From an uncultured Chloroflexia bacterium (GTDB taxonomy: Bacteria; Chloroflexota; Limnocylindria; Limnocylindrales; CSP1-4): a stretch of DNA of 64,000 nt. Below the pieces are notes generated by a model that had not been told where the DNA came from, searched no databases, and was given only the letters and a program-made list of their open reading frames with translations. The first letter of the stretch is position 1; the number at the start of each line of letters is the position of its first letter. The stretch lies in assembly GCA_963735455.1 (NCBI GenBank), contig CAVTKZ010000004.1:306101-370100 (forward strand), written 5' to 3'. The position numbers and the translations under genes were made by a program. Below, one piece after another: positions 1 to 10,315 of the stretch.

Positions 1-831
1 AGCGCGACCACCTACACCCTGGTCGTCACGAACAGCGGCCCGAGCGGCGTGACCGGGGCGGTCCTGGCCGACCCGGCCGTGGCCGGCCTGGCCAAGACCG
101 CGGTGGCCTGCGCCTCGACCCCCGGCCAGTGCGTCACCCCGCCCAGCGTGGTCGAGCTCCAGTCGGGCACCTTCGCCCTGCCCGCCCTGGCCAGCGGCCA
201 GACCTACCGGCTGAGCGTGACCGCCACCGTGACCGCCGTCTCGGGCAGCGTGACCAACACGGCCACCATCGCCGCCCCGGCCGGGACCAGCGACCCCGAC
301 GGCACGAACAACAGCGCCGCCGACACCGACACGGTCAACGCCGCGCCGGCTCCGGCCCTCACCCTGGTCAAGGGCGCCAGCCCGACCACGTTCACGATTG
401 CCGGGGCCACGATCGCCTACACCTACGTCCTGACCAACAGCGGCAACGTCGCGATCAGCGGTCCGTTCAGCGTGACCGACGACAAGACCACCGTCAGCTG
501 CCCGGCGACGGTCAGCCTGGCCGTCGGCGATTCGATCACCTGCACGGCGGTCTACACGATCACCCCGGCCGACGTCACGGCCGGCCTCGTCACCAACGTT
601 GCCAGCGCGTCCGGGGCCGATGGGCCGACCTCCAATGTCGACAGCGTCACGGTGACCGCGGTACCACCGCCGCCACCGACGGTGGCGCCCACGCCGCCCA
701 ACACCGGGGCCCTGCCGGCCCCGAGCTCGGGCGTGCCGCCGACGACCGGCTGGCTCGTCCTGTTCGCGATCGCGAGCGTCCTTGCCGCGGCCTCGCTGCT
801 CGCCTATGGCTGGGTGACGCGCCGCCGCTAG
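1..831 (+). CDS. Cell-surface protein, 5'-partial. DUF11-type conserved repeat domains (T/V/S/A-rich beta-repeats). C-terminal sorting-signal-like tail: PNTG/PTTG, hydrophobic segment, RRR.
   Basis: Frame 1 is open from nt 1. Repetitive TxTxT repeats typical of DUF11. C-terminus ...PPTTGWLVLFAIASVLAAASLLAYGWVTRRR looks like a sortase or similar anchor. Confidence 0.55.
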   Translation, partial: SATTYTLVVTNSGPSGVTGAVLADPAVAGLAKTAVACASTPGQCVTPPSVVELQSGTFALPALASGQTYRLSVTATVTAVSGSVTNTATIAAPAGTSDPDGTNNSAADTDTVNAAPAPALTLVKGASPTTFTIAGATIAYTYVLTNSGNVAISGPFSVTDDKTTVSCPATVSLAVGDSITCTAVYTITPADVTAGLVTNVASASGADGPTSNVDSVTVTAVPPPPPTVAPTPPNTGALPAPSSGVPPTTGWLVLFAIASVLAAASLLAYGWVTRRR

Positions 832-853
832 AGGCCTATTGCCAAGCCCGGGC

Positions 854-2587
854 TCAGTGGATCGCGAGATCCTTGGTCGCGGTCGGGACGTCCTCGTGGA
901 TGTACTTGCCGCCGCGCAGGCCCGAGGCGATGGCCGCCACGATCGACATCCCCGCGGCGACCAGGAACACGATCACCAGGCCGTCGTGGAACGGGCCGCT
1001 GATCAGGCCCGGGAAGAAGTCCTTGCCGGTCAGGATTGCGGCCTGGTCGGGGGGCAGCGCCTTGAGCACGTCGGGCGGCAGCAGCGAGGCCATCGGGTTG
1101 TAGCCGAGCAACGAGGCGAACAGGCTCGAGACCGGCGGCAGGTGCGAGATCCGGGTCGCCACGTCGACCGGCACATCGTGGGCCACCAGCCCGGCATACA
1201 GGGTTGACGACAGGGATCCGGCCAGGCCCGCGATCATCAGCGAGAAGAACAGGCCGATCGACACGACGAAGCCGGCATTGGCGAAGACCGCCCGCATGCC
1301 CGAGGCCGCTCCGCGTTGGTTGGCCGGCACGCTGTTCATGATCGCGGCCGAATTGGGCGAGTTAAACAGCCCGGATCCCAGGCCGGCCAGGAGCAGGAAG
1401 AAGGCCAGGGTGGGATAGGCGAACTGGACCGGCAGGCCGGTCAGCCCGATGAAGGCGATCGCCGCGAGGAGCATCCCGCCGGTCGCGAACAGGCGTGCCC
1501 CGAAACGGTCCGACAGGTAGCCCGACAGCGGCCCCGCGATCAGGAAGCCGGCCGTGAGGGGGAGCATGTAGATCCCCGCCCAGAGCGGCGTGTCGGCATA
1601 GCTGTAGCCGTGGACCGGCAGCCAGATGCCCTGCAGCCAGATGACGATGATGAATGACAGCCCGCCCCGCCCCGTCGCCGCCAGCAGGCTGGCGATGTTG
1701 CCCGCGGCAAAGGCCCGGATCCGGAACAGCGACAGGTCGAAGAACGGCTCGGCGACCCGCTGCTCGATCCACAGGAAGATCGCCAGGAGGAGGATCCCGC
1801 CGCCGATCAGGCCCAGGACCAGCGGGCTCGTCCAGCCGGTCGGAGCGCTGCCATAGGGCTGGATCCCGTAGGTGATCCCGACCAGGATCGAGGCCAGCCC
1901 GACCCCGAACGTGATGTTGCCCCACCAGTCCATCTTGCGTTTGGTCGTCGTGCTCAGCTCTTCGAGCCGGAGGTAGGCCCAGATCGTGCCCACGATCCCG
2001 ATCGGGACGCTGACGAAGAAGACCAGCCGCCAGTCGATCGTGGCCAGGAAGCCGCCTGCCAGGAGGCCGATGAACTGGCCGGCGATCGCCGCCACGCCAT
2101 TGATCCCCAGGGCCAGGCCGCGCTGATTCGTCGGGAAGGCATCGGTCAGGATCGCCGCGGAGTTGGCGAACAGGAAGGCGCCCCCGATCCCCTGGACGAT
2201 CCGCATAGCGATGATCCACAACGCTCCCGCGGTGCCCATGAACGGAGTCGCGGCCAGTAGCAGCGAGCCGATCGTGAAGATCGCGAAGCCGGCGTTGTAC
2301 ATCCGGACCCGGCCGTAGCGGTCGCCCAGCCAGCCGAAGGCCACCACCAGGACGGCGGTGACCAGCAGGTAGCCCATGAAGATCCAGAGCAGGTAGCTGG
2401 TGCTGCCCGGCTCGAGCGGGTTGAGCTGGATGCCGTTGAAGATCGCGGGCAGGGCGATGATCACGATCGAGCCGTCGATCGCGGCCATCAGGATCCCGAG
2501 GGTCGTGTTCGAGAGGGCGATCCACTTGTAGTTGGGGTCGTGGCGGCGGCTCGGCCGTCCGGCCACAGCGGTGCTGGGGGCGGTCAT
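854..2587 (-). CDS. MFS transporter, DHA2 / EmrB-QacA-like drug:H+ antiporter, ~14 TMS.
   Basis: The translation has many TM helices and MFS signature motifs (e.g. GxLxDRxGRR-like '[10 protein letters not shown]'). Start at ATG beginning MTAPSTAV... directly after the stop of the upstream permease. Confidence 0.85.
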   Translation of the reverse strand: MTAPSTAVAGRPSRRHDPNYKWIALSNTTLGILMAAIDGSIVIIALPAIFNGIQLNPLEPGSTSYLLWIFMGYLLVTAVLVVAFGWLGDRYGRVRMYNAGFAIFTIGSLLLAATPFMGTAGALWIIAMRIVQGIGGAFLFANSAAILTDAFPTNQRGLALGINGVAAIAGQFIGLLAGGFLATIDWRLVFFVSVPIGIVGTIWAYLRLEELSTTTKRKMDWWGNITFGVGLASILVGITYGIQPYGSAPTGWTSPLVLGLIGGGILLLAIFLWIEQRVAEPFFDLSLFRIRAFAAGNIASLLAATGRGGLSFIIVIWLQGIWLPVHGYSYADTPLWAGIYMLPLTAGFLIAGPLSGYLSDRFGARLFATGGMLLAAIAFIGLTGLPVQFAYPTLAFFLLLAGLGSGLFNSPNSAAIMNSVPANQRGAASGMRAVFANAGFVVSIGLFFSLMIAGLAGSLSSTLYAGLVAHDVPVDVATRISHLPPVSSLFASLLGYNPMASLLPPDVLKALPPDQAAILTGKDFFPGLISGPFHDGLVIVFLVAAGMSIVAAIASGLRGGKYIHEDVPTATKDLAIH

Positions 2588-2595
2588 CGGCCGGC

Positions 2596-3435
2596 CTACT
2601 GGGCCAGCCGCGGATAGAGCCGGCCGGCGATCGCCAGCAGGATGACCAGGACGCCGCCCATCACCAGGGCGTCGACGGCCAGGCCGTGCTCGCTCGTCCC
2701 GCCCACGACCATCTGGCTCCGGATCGCGTCGACCATGTAGGTCAGGGGATTGACCGTTGCAACCACCTTGAGCCAGTCGGGCATGAGCGAGATCGGGTAG
2801 ACCGCGCTGCTGGCAAAGAAGAGAGGCATCGTCATGAGCTGGCCGATGCCCATGAACCGCTCCCGGGAACGGACCAGGCAGGCGATCACGAGCGAGAACG
2901 TGGAGAACAGGGCAGCGCCCAGGAAGATCGCCAGGGCGACCCCGATGATCGAGACCGGATCCAGGCGAAGGTGGATCCCGATCAGGAACGAGACGAGGTA
3001 GACAAGGACCGCCTGGGCCAGGCCTCGGACCCCGCCGGCGATCGACTTGCCGAGGACCAGCGCGATCCGTGGTGCGGGGCTGACCAGGAGCTTGTGGACG
3101 ACGCCCAGGTCGCGCTCCCAGATCACGGCGATGCCGTAGAAGATCGAGCTGAACAGGGCGCTCTGGGCGAGGACGCCCGGGGCCAGGAAGTCGAGATACG
3201 GCACGTTGCCGGTCGGGATCGCCCGGGTCGAGGCGAGGACCTGGCCGAAGACGAGCAGCCACAGGATCGGCTGGACGGCGCGGGTCAGGATCTCGACAGG
3301 ATCGCGGAAGACCTTGCGCAGCTCGGCGTCGGCGATCGTCGCGGTATCCGCGATGAACCCCAGCCAGGCCGGCTCAGCCGAGGCGGCTCGCCGTACGGCG
3401 GGTTCGAGCGATGTCACGGAACCGGCCTCCTTCAT
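2596..3435 (-). CDS. ABC-2 type transporter permease.
   Basis: MKEAGSV... with 6 predicted TM helices of the ABC-2 family. Its ATG overlaps the TGA of the upstream ATPase gene (ATGA). Confidence 0.8.
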   Translation of the reverse strand: MKEAGSVTSLEPAVRRAASAEPAWLGFIADTATIADAELRKVFRDPVEILTRAVQPILWLLVFGQVLASTRAIPTGNVPYLDFLAPGVLAQSALFSSIFYGIAVIWERDLGVVHKLLVSPAPRIALVLGKSIAGGVRGLAQAVLVYLVSFLIGIHLRLDPVSIIGVALAIFLGAALFSTFSLVIACLVRSRERFMGIGQLMTMPLFFASSAVYPISLMPDWLKVVATVNPLTYMVDAIRSQMVVGGTSEHGLAVDALVMGGVLVILLAIAGRLYPRLAQ

Positions 3436-4207
3436 TGATATCGGCGCCAGTGAAATGGGTGAAGACGTCGTCGAGGCGTCGCGTCGGGGCCGACCTGGGC
3501 CTTCAGCTCGGCCGGCGTCCCGATCGCGGCGATCACCCCGCGGTGCATGACCGCGACGCGGTCGCACAGCAGCTCGGCCTCCTCCATGTAGTGGGTCGTC
3601 AGGACGATCGCGGTGCCCATCGACGCCTGGCAGCTCCTGGACGTGGTCCCAGACCGTGGCCCGGGCGGTGGGATCGAGGCCGATGGTGGGCTCGTCGAGG
3701 AACAGGACGCTGGGCTGGTGGAGCATTGCCTGGGCAAGCTCGAGCCGCCGGATCATGCCGCCCGAGTAGGTCCGAACGAGCCGATCGGCGGCGTCGGTCA
3801 GGGCCATCAGCCGGAGCGCGTCCTCGATCCGGCCGTCGCGTTCGGAGCGCGCCGTGTGGTAGAGGCGCGCCGACAGGCGCAGGTTCTCGCGCCCGGTCAG
3901 CTGGCCGTCGGCGGACAGGAGCTGGGGGACGTAGCCGATGCTCCGGCGAACCTCGGCCTGCTGGGTGGCGATGTCGAAGCCGCCGACGTGGGCCCGGCCG
4001 CTCGGTCGGCGGCAACAGCGTCGTGAGCATCTTGATCGTCGTCGTCTTGCCGGCACCGTTCGGGCCGAGCAGGCCGAAGACTTCGTCGCCGCTCACCGTC
4101 AGGTCGAGCCGGTCGACGGCCGTGATTTCACCGAAGCGCCGGGTGAGCTGCTCGGTTTGGACCGCGGCGGCCACCTCAGACGGCTCCGCGACGGACGGGC
4201 TCGTCAC
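3432..4207 (-). CDS. ABC transporter ATP-binding protein, split over three reading frames by two apparent -1 frameshifts (pseudogene or indel errors).
   Basis: Walker A (GPNGAGKTT) lies in ORF 3599-4207. Q-loop, signature (YSGGMIRRL) and Walker B ([11 protein letters not shown]) lie in the frame of ORF 2596-4056. H-loop ([11 protein letters not shown]) and C-terminus lie in ORF 3432-3737. GTG start. Confidence 0.75.
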
Positions 4208-4676
4208 TCGACTGCCCGATTCGATCGAGGATCTCGAGGCCGCCGGCCAGGCGGGCCTGCTCGGCCGGGGTCAGGGCGGCCAGCTCCTCGGCGAGCCAGC
4301 CCCGGACGGCGGCCTGGGCCCGGGCGAGGTGGTTGGCGCCCGAGGTGGTGAGCTCGAGCCGGATCCGCCGCCGTTCGGTCGGATCGCCGGTTCGGTCGAT
4401 CATCCCGGCGACGACCAGCCGCTGGGCCAGCGCCGAGCTGGCCGGCAGGCTCATGCCCAGGTGGTCGGCCAGCGCGGAGAGGCCGGCTCCCGGCTCGCGA
4501 CGGAGGTAGATCATCGCCCGGAGCTGGGCGACCGTCAGGCCGGGCGTCCCGTGCGCTCGCATCTCGCGGCGGATCCGGCGGGTCGCCCGGGGCACGATCT
4601 CGAGGAGCCGGTCGGCGACGTTCGACTCGGCCTCCTCCGCCGTCGCGGGCGTCAGTTCCTCCGCGGTACTGTTCAT
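4176..4676 (-). CDS. MarR family transcriptional regulator.
   Basis: 166-aa product with a winged-HTH MarR pattern ([12 protein letters not shown]...GMIDR). It heads the ABC/MFS efflux cluster on the same strand. Confidence 0.8.
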   Translation of the reverse strand: MNSTAEELTPATAEEAESNVADRLLEIVPRATRRIRREMRAHGTPGLTVAQLRAMIYLRREPGAGLSALADHLGMSLPASSALAQRLVVAGMIDRTGDPTERRRIRLELTTSGANHLARAQAAVRGWLAEELAALTPAEQARLAGGLEILDRIGQSSDEPVRRGAV

Positions 4677-4745
4677 GTACGTAACTATATCCCGATGGCC
4701 GGCGTCGTGCCTTCGATCGGCCCGCCGGCGTGGCATCCTTGGCCG

Positions 4746-6473
4746 ATGGCAGATCGCCCGACCGGACGGCGCAGCTCGGAGTGGTACGCCGGCACGGGCC
4801 GCAACGCCTACATCCACCGCGCCTGGATGCGCCGCGGCCTGCCGGCCAACGCGTTCGACGGCCGGCCGCACATCGCGATCGCCAACACGGCCTCCGACCT
4901 GACCCCCTGCAACGCCCACCTGAACGAGGTCGCCGAGAGCGTCAAGGCCGGGGTCTACGAAGCCGGCGGGATCCCCCTCAACCTGCCCGTCGTGTCGCTC
5001 GGCGAGACGCTCGTCCGGCCGACGGCGATGCTCTGGCGAAACATGGCCGCGATGGCCACCGAGGAGATGATCCGGGCCAACCCGATCGACGGGGTGGTCC
5101 TGCTGGGCGGCTGCGACAAGACGATCCCGGCCCTGCTGATGGCCGCCGCCTCGGTCGACCTTCCGGCGATCGTGGTCCCCGGCGGGCCGATGCTGACTGG
5201 CACGTTCCGTGGTGCCGCCCTGGGCTGCGGCACCGATGTCTGGCGATTGTCCGAGGAGGTCCGCGCCGGCACCCTGTCCGAGGCCGATTTCCTGCAGTCC
5301 GAGTCGTCGATGATTCGCAGCCGGGGCCACTGCAACACGATGGGCACCGCCTCGACCATGGCGGTGATGGCCGAGTCGCTGGGGATGACCATCCCCGGCC
5401 TGGCCGGCACGCCGGCGCCCGACAGCCGCCTGCTCGAGGCGTCCCATGCCACGGGCCGCCTGGCGGTCGAGCTGGTCGAGCGGGATCGCCGGCCGAGCGC
5501 GGTGATGACCCGGGGCTCATTCCTGAACGCGATCGTGGCCCTGGCCGCCGTCGGCGGCTCGACGAACGCCGTCGTCCACCTGCTGGCGATCGCCGGCCGG
5601 CTCGGAATCGAGCTGAGCCTCGACGACTTCGACCGGACCGGCGCCGGCGTGCCGCTCCTCGTCGACCTGCAGCCGGCCGGTCGCTTCCTGATGGACGACC
5701 TGTACCGCGCCGGTGGCCTGCTGGCCGTCCTGCGCGAGGTCCGCGACCTGCTCGACCCGGCGGCCCTGACGATCACCGGCCGGCCGCTGGTCGACTTCCT
5801 CGAGACGGCCCGGATCTGGGATCCGGAGGTGATCCGCGCACGATCGGCGCCGCTCCAGGCCAGCGCTGGGATCGCCGTCCTGTACGGCAACCTGGCCCCG
5901 ACCGGCGCCGTGATCAAGCCCGCCGCCGCGTCGCCGGAGCTGCTCAAGCACCGTGGCCGGGCGATGGTCTTCGACTCGATCGAGGACTATCGCGCCCGAA
6001 TCGACGACCCGGACCTCGACGTGGATGCGGACTCGGTCCTGATCCTGCGCGGCTGCGGGCCGCGCGGCTATCCGGGCATGCCCGAGGTGGCCAACGTGCC
6101 GCTGCCGGCCAAGCTCCTCCAGCAGGGCGTCCGGGACATGGTCCGGATCTGCGATGGGCGGATGAGCGGCACGGCCTACGGCACGGTGATCCTGCACGTG
6201 ACGCCCGAGGCCGCGGCCGGCGGGCCGCTCGGCCTGGTCCGGACCGGCGACATGATCAGCCTCGACGTCGAGGCCCGCCGGCTGGAGATCGAGGTCAGCG
6301 CCGAGGAGCTCGCCGGCCGGGTTCCGGCCCCAGCGGCCGTGGCGGCCTTCGCCGCGCCGACCCGCGGCTGGGAGCGCCTGTACGTCGACACCGTCCAGCA
6401 GGCCGACAGCGGCGCCGACCTCGACTTCCTGGTCGGATCGAGCGGCGACCAGGTCTCGCGCGACTCGCATTGA
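4746..6473 (+). CDS. IlvD/EDD family dehydratase (dihydroxy-acid or sugar-acid dehydratase).
   Basis: 575 aa. N-terminal motif AIANTASDLTPCNAHL, CDK and [4Fe-4S]-ligand region, and C-terminal GRMSGTAYG motif typical of IlvD/EDD. Confidence 0.85.
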   Translation: MADRPTGRRSSEWYAGTGRNAYIHRAWMRRGLPANAFDGRPHIAIANTASDLTPCNAHLNEVAESVKAGVYEAGGIPLNLPVVSLGETLVRPTAMLWRNMAAMATEEMIRANPIDGVVLLGGCDKTIPALLMAAASVDLPAIVVPGGPMLTGTFRGAALGCGTDVWRLSEEVRAGTLSEADFLQSESSMIRSRGHCNTMGTASTMAVMAESLGMTIPGLAGTPAPDSRLLEASHATGRLAVELVERDRRPSAVMTRGSFLNAIVALAAVGGSTNAVVHLLAIAGRLGIELSLDDFDRTGAGVPLLVDLQPAGRFLMDDLYRAGGLLAVLREVRDLLDPAALTITGRPLVDFLETARIWDPEVIRARSAPLQASAGIAVLYGNLAPTGAVIKPAAASPELLKHRGRAMVFDSIEDYRARIDDPDLDVDADSVLILRGCGPRGYPGMPEVANVPLPAKLLQQGVRDMVRICDGRMSGTAYGTVILHVTPEAAAGGPLGLVRTGDMISLDVEARRLEIEVSAEELAGRVPAPAAVAAFAAPTRGWERLYVDTVQQADSGADLDFLVGSSGDQVSRDSH

Positions 6474-7487
6474 TGCGGGCATTCGTCATCACCGGGCCGG
6501 GCCGGTCCGCCGTGATCGAGGTCGACCCACCGCGGCCCGAGCCCGGCCAGGTCGTGGTCGACGTTGCCCGGGTCGGGCTGTGCGGCACCGACGCCGAGTT
6601 CTTCAGCGGCGAGATGGCCTACCTGGCGCCAGGGCTCCGCCGCGTATCCGGTCCGGATCGGCCACGAGTGGTGCGGCTCCGTGACCGAGCTTGGTCCCGG
6701 CGTGGATCCGGCCTGGCTGGGCCGTCGGGTGACGGGCGACACGATGATCGGCTGCGGGACCTGCCGGCGCTGCCGGACCGGCCGCCAGCATGTCTGCGCC
6801 GAGCGCCGCGAGATCGGGATCCGGGGCGGCTTCCCGGGCGCGCTGGCCGAGCAGCTGGCCGTCCCGGCGAGCGGCCTGCACGCCCTGCCCGACTCGGTCG
6901 ACGACGTCGCCGGGGCGCTGGTCGAGCCGGGTGGCAACGCGCTTCGGGCGGTGGAGGCGGCCGGGCTGGCCGCCGGCGACCGGCTGCTGGTCCTGGGCGC
7001 CGGCACGATCGGCCTGCTGGCCGCCCTGTTCGCTCGCGCCCAGGGTGCCGAGGTCCACCTGGTCGGCCGCTCGCCACGCTCCCTCGACTTCGCCGCCGGG
7101 CTCGGCTTCGCGGCGGTCAACGGGATGGAGGCCCTGGCCGACCAGGCCTGGGACGCGGTGATCGACGCGTCGACCGACCCGGGCCTGCCGGCCCTGGCCC
7201 TGGACCTGGTCGAGCCCGGCAAGCGGATCGTGTACATCGGCCTGGCCGGGACACCGAGCCTGATCGACACCCGGACGCAGGTCCTCAAGGACGTCACCGC
7301 GGTCGGGATCCTGAGCGGCTCGGCCGGGCTCGCCGGCACGATCGAGCGCTACGCCAGCGGCGCGGTCGATCCCCGGCCGCTCGTTTCGGCGACGGTCGGC
7401 CTCGAGCAGGCCGGCGATGTCCTCGCCGGCCGGCGCCCCACAGCAGCCGGCCCGGGGCCCAAGATCCATGTTGATCCGCGCCTGTGA
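6473..7487 (+). CDS. Zinc-dependent alcohol dehydrogenase (MDR family), with one apparent frameshift near codon ~55.
   Basis: The N-terminus MRAFVITGPG...GLCGTDAEFFSGEMAY lies in the frame of ORF 4730-7474. The remainder (PVRIGHEWCGSV...GAGTIGL) lies in ORF 6564-7487. The start overlaps the dehydratase stop (TGATG). Confidence 0.7.
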
Positions 7488-7521
7488 TCGGCGACCGATT
7501 GATCCCCGGAGGTCCGCGGCC

Positions 7522-8280
7522 ATGAACGATTTCGACGGCCTGGTCGCGGTCGTGACCGGCGGCGCGAGCGGCATCGGCGCGGCGACGGCCGACCTGCTCC
7601 TCGAGCGCGGCGCGCGGGTCGCCGTCCTCGATCGCGCGATTGCATCGGGCGGCCCGGCCGACGATCGGGCCGGCCGGCTGGCGGTGGCCTGCGACGTAAC
7701 CGACGACACGAGCGTGCGGGCCGCGATCGCGCGGGTCGTCGAGGTCCTCGGGGGCATCGATGTCCTGGTCAACAACGCCGGGATCGGTTCTGTCGGCGAC
7801 ATCGCCGCCAACGACGACGCCGAGTGGCAGCGGGTCTTTGACGTGAACGTCTTCGGGATTGCCCGGGTGACCCGGGCGGCGCTGCCCCACCTGCGATCCT
7901 CGGCCCACCCGGCGATCGTCAATACCTGCTCGGTCGTGGCCGCCGTCGGCGTCCCCCAGCGGGCGGTCTACAGCGCCAGCAAGGGCGCCGTCGCGGCGCT
8001 CACCCTGGCGATGGCCGCCGACCACGTCCGCGAAGGGATCCGGGTCAACGCGGTGATGCCGGGCACGGCCGACACTCCCTGGATCGGGCGCTTGCTGGAG
8101 CAGGCCGTCGATCCCGCCGCCGCCCTCGGCGCGCTCCGGGCACGCCAGCCGATGGGCCGCCTGGTGACCGCCGCCGAGGTCGCCCAGTCGATCGCCTACC
8201 TGGCCGGACCACTGGCCGGCTCGACCACCGGGACGTTGCTCGCCGTGGACGGCGGGATGGCCGGCCTGCGGGTCGGCTGA
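7522..8280 (+). CDS. SDR family oxidoreductase.
   Basis: TGGASGIG cofactor motif and YxxxK (YSASK). GGAGG ribosome-binding site upstream of the ATG. Confidence 0.85.
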   Translation: MNDFDGLVAVVTGGASGIGAATADLLLERGARVAVLDRAIASGGPADDRAGRLAVACDVTDDTSVRAAIARVVEVLGGIDVLVNNAGIGSVGDIAANDDAEWQRVFDVNVFGIARVTRAALPHLRSSAHPAIVNTCSVVAAVGVPQRAVYSASKGAVAALTLAMAADHVREGIRVNAVMPGTADTPWIGRLLEQAVDPAAALGALRARQPMGRLVTAAEVAQSIAYLAGPLAGSTTGTLLAVDGGMAGLRVG

Positions 8281-8284
8281 GCGA

Positions 8285-8755
8285 CTACTCGCCGGCGTCC
8301 AGCTCGAGGCGGTAGTAGCGACCGACCGCCAGGACGTGGCGCCGGCCGAGCCGGTAGACGAGGTCGCCCGGGAAGGGATGCTGGTTCGTGGCCAGGATGG
8401 CCCGCTCCCGTTCCGGCCCTGGGGCCAGGGGATCCGTTCGGAAGCTGACCGGCGGCTGGCCCGGCCAGGCCAGCTGCAGCCGGCCCCCGGCCGCATCCAG
8501 GTTGCGGGTCCACTGGCTGGCGCCGTTGGGGTGGCCGAGATACCACTGGCCGTCGATCGACAGCAGGCCGAGCAGGGTCCGGCGCGGGCGGCCGGACCGG
8601 CGCCCGGGGATCGTGACCTCGATCACGTTGCCCAGCCCGGACTGCAGCCAGACCATCCGGAGGAGCGGGTCGAACAGCCAGAGCAACGCATAGACGGCCC
8701 GGAAGCCAAGGCCCCACCCGTGCGAGGGCCGCGGCTCGATCGTGGCGAGCTCCAT
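8285..8755 (-). CDS. Deazaflavin (F420)-dependent nitroreductase family protein (DDN/DUF385).
   Basis: 156 aa with the DUF385 signature region GRRSGRPRRTLLGLL...DGQWYL...NGASQWTRNLDAAGGRLQL. Confidence 0.7.
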   Translation of the reverse strand: MELATIEPRPSHGWGLGFRAVYALLWLFDPLLRMVWLQSGLGNVIEVTIPGRRSGRPRRTLLGLLSIDGQWYLGHPNGASQWTRNLDAAGGRLQLAWPGQPPVSFRTDPLAPGPERERAILATNQHPFPGDLVYRLGRRHVLAVGRYYRLELDAGE

Positions 8756-8893
8756 TCCATGGCTACGCGCGCCGGCGAGAATCAGATGACCTGCGAGGTG
8801 CGAGGCGCCGCCAGCCCCGCGATCTGGATGGCCCGTGCGGTGCGTGGCGTCGACACGACGCCTGAGTGGTTCTTGGGGCACCAAGGCGTACCC

Positions 8894-9070
8894 GATATGC
8901 CCCCCATGCTTAGCCGGGAGCTTTCCCGGCCCGGAACCTCGAATTCGAACGGTCAGGGCCGGCTCCAAGCGGCACGACCCCGCACGAACCACGCTCGTCG
9001 GCGGCTACGACCCGGCAGGAGCCGCGACCGGACGCCCGCTAACGCGCTTCCTAAGCATGGGGCTCATATC
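8894..9070. repeat. 177-bp element bounded by near-perfect 20-bp terminal inverted repeats (GATATGCCCCCCATGCTTAG ... CTAAGCATGGGGCTCATATC). Internal palindromes present. Candidate MITE or structured ncRNA.
   Basis: The inverted repeats were read directly from the sequence. The region between the DDN and AKR genes is non-coding, and the ORFs called there have no protein-like composition. Confidence 0.45.
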
Positions 9071-9188
9071 GCGGACCTCAGGTCCCGGAACCCCCGGCAC
9101 GCCACCCCGCAGCAGCTCGTCGGACGGTCCCGCAGGTCGCCACGCCGATGGCGGCGGCAGCGGCCGCGGCCTCGACCTCAGGCCCTGC

Positions 9189-10222
9189 TCAGTGGCTGCT
9201 CGACTCGGCCCACAGGTTGATCCCGCTCTCGGTCGCGAAGCGGTCGATGTCGGCCAGCTCGGCGACGCTGAAGGCGAGCTTGTCCAGGGCGCCGAGGTTC
9301 TCCTCGAGCTGGCTGACGCTGCCGGCGCCGATCACGGTCGACGTCACGCGCTGGTCGCGGAGCGTCCAGGCGAGGGCCATCTGGGCCAGGCTCTGGCCGC
9401 GCGCCTGGGCGATCTCGGCCAGCCCGCGGACCTTGGCCAGGGTCGCATCGGACAGGAATTCGGGCCGCAGCGAGCCCGCCGCCGCCGCCCGCGAGTCGGC
9501 CGGCACGCCGTCCAGGTACTTGCCCGTGAGCAGCCCCTGGGCCAGCGGCGAGAACGTGATGCAGCCGACGCCCGCCTGCGTCGAGGACATCGAGCAGCCC
9601 GTCTTCGATCCAGCGGTTGAGCAGCGAGTACGACGGCTGGGCGATGACCAGGGGCGTGCCCAGGCGGGCCAGGATCGCGATCGCCTCGCTCGCCCGGGCG
9701 GGCGAGTACGACGAGATCCCGACGTACAGCGCCTTGCCCTGGCGGACGGCCGAATCGAGCGCGCCCATCGTCTCCTCGAGCGGCGTCGCCGGGTCGAAGC
9801 GATGGGAGTAGAAGATGTCGACGTAGTCGAGGCCCATCCGGCCCAGGCTCTGGTCGAGGCTGGCCAGGAGGTACTTGCGCGAGCCCCAGTTGCCGTAGGG
9901 ACCGGGCCACATGTCGTAGCCGGCCTTGCTCGAGATGATCAGCTCGTCGCGATACGAGCGGAGATCGGTGGCCAGGATCCGCCCGAAGTTCTCCTCGGCC
10001 GAGCCGTACGGCGGGCCGTAGTTGTTGGCCAGGTCGAAATGGGTGACGCCCAGGTCGAACGCCCGCCGCAGGACGGCCCGCTGGCCGTCGATCGGCCGGT
10101 CGTGGCCGAAGTTCTGCCACAGGCCGACGGAGATCGCCGGGCAGCTGCAGGCCGCTCCGCCCGGAGCGCCGGTAGGGCATCGAGTCGTAGCGATTGGCGG
10201 CAGCCGGCTCGGTCATGGCCAT
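9189..10222 (-). CDS. Aldo-keto reductase, AKR14 / YghZ (Gpr)-like L-glyceraldehyde-3-phosphate reductase type, with two apparent frameshifts.
   Basis: Strong similarity by recall to E. coli YghZ: ...LANNYGPPYGSAEENFGR..., GYDMWPGPYGNWGSRKYLLASLDQSL, YVGISSYS. Pieces lie in ORFs 9344-11215, 9939-10298, 9178-9912 and 9189-9590. Confidence 0.75.
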
Positions 10223-10315
10223 AGTTTGCCTCGATTCGGCCGGCCTCTGCTCGCCCGGCCACGAGACGCACCGGCCCTGTCTGGGCCGTCGGCGGCACGG
10301 TAGAATCCGGCCCCC

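Noticed and set aside
2596-4056. 486-aa ORF read as a single large ABC protein.
   Set aside because: It is a chimera of the middle third of the ATPase (out of frame with its N- and C-termini) run through into the permease. It was resolved into ATPase 3432-4207 (frameshifted) and permease 2596-3435.
4730-7474. 914-aa ORF on the + strand.
   Set aside because: It is an Arg/Gly/Pro-rich translation of an alternative frame of the dehydratase and ADH genes, which is a high-GC open-frame artifact. Only its last ~55 codons (MRAFVITG...) are real, as the ADH N-terminus.
8900-8960. tRNA-like T-arm motif (TCGAATTCGAACGG).
   Set aside because: No acceptor stem, D-arm or anticodon arm can be drawn. The palindrome is part of the internal structure of the inverted-repeat element.
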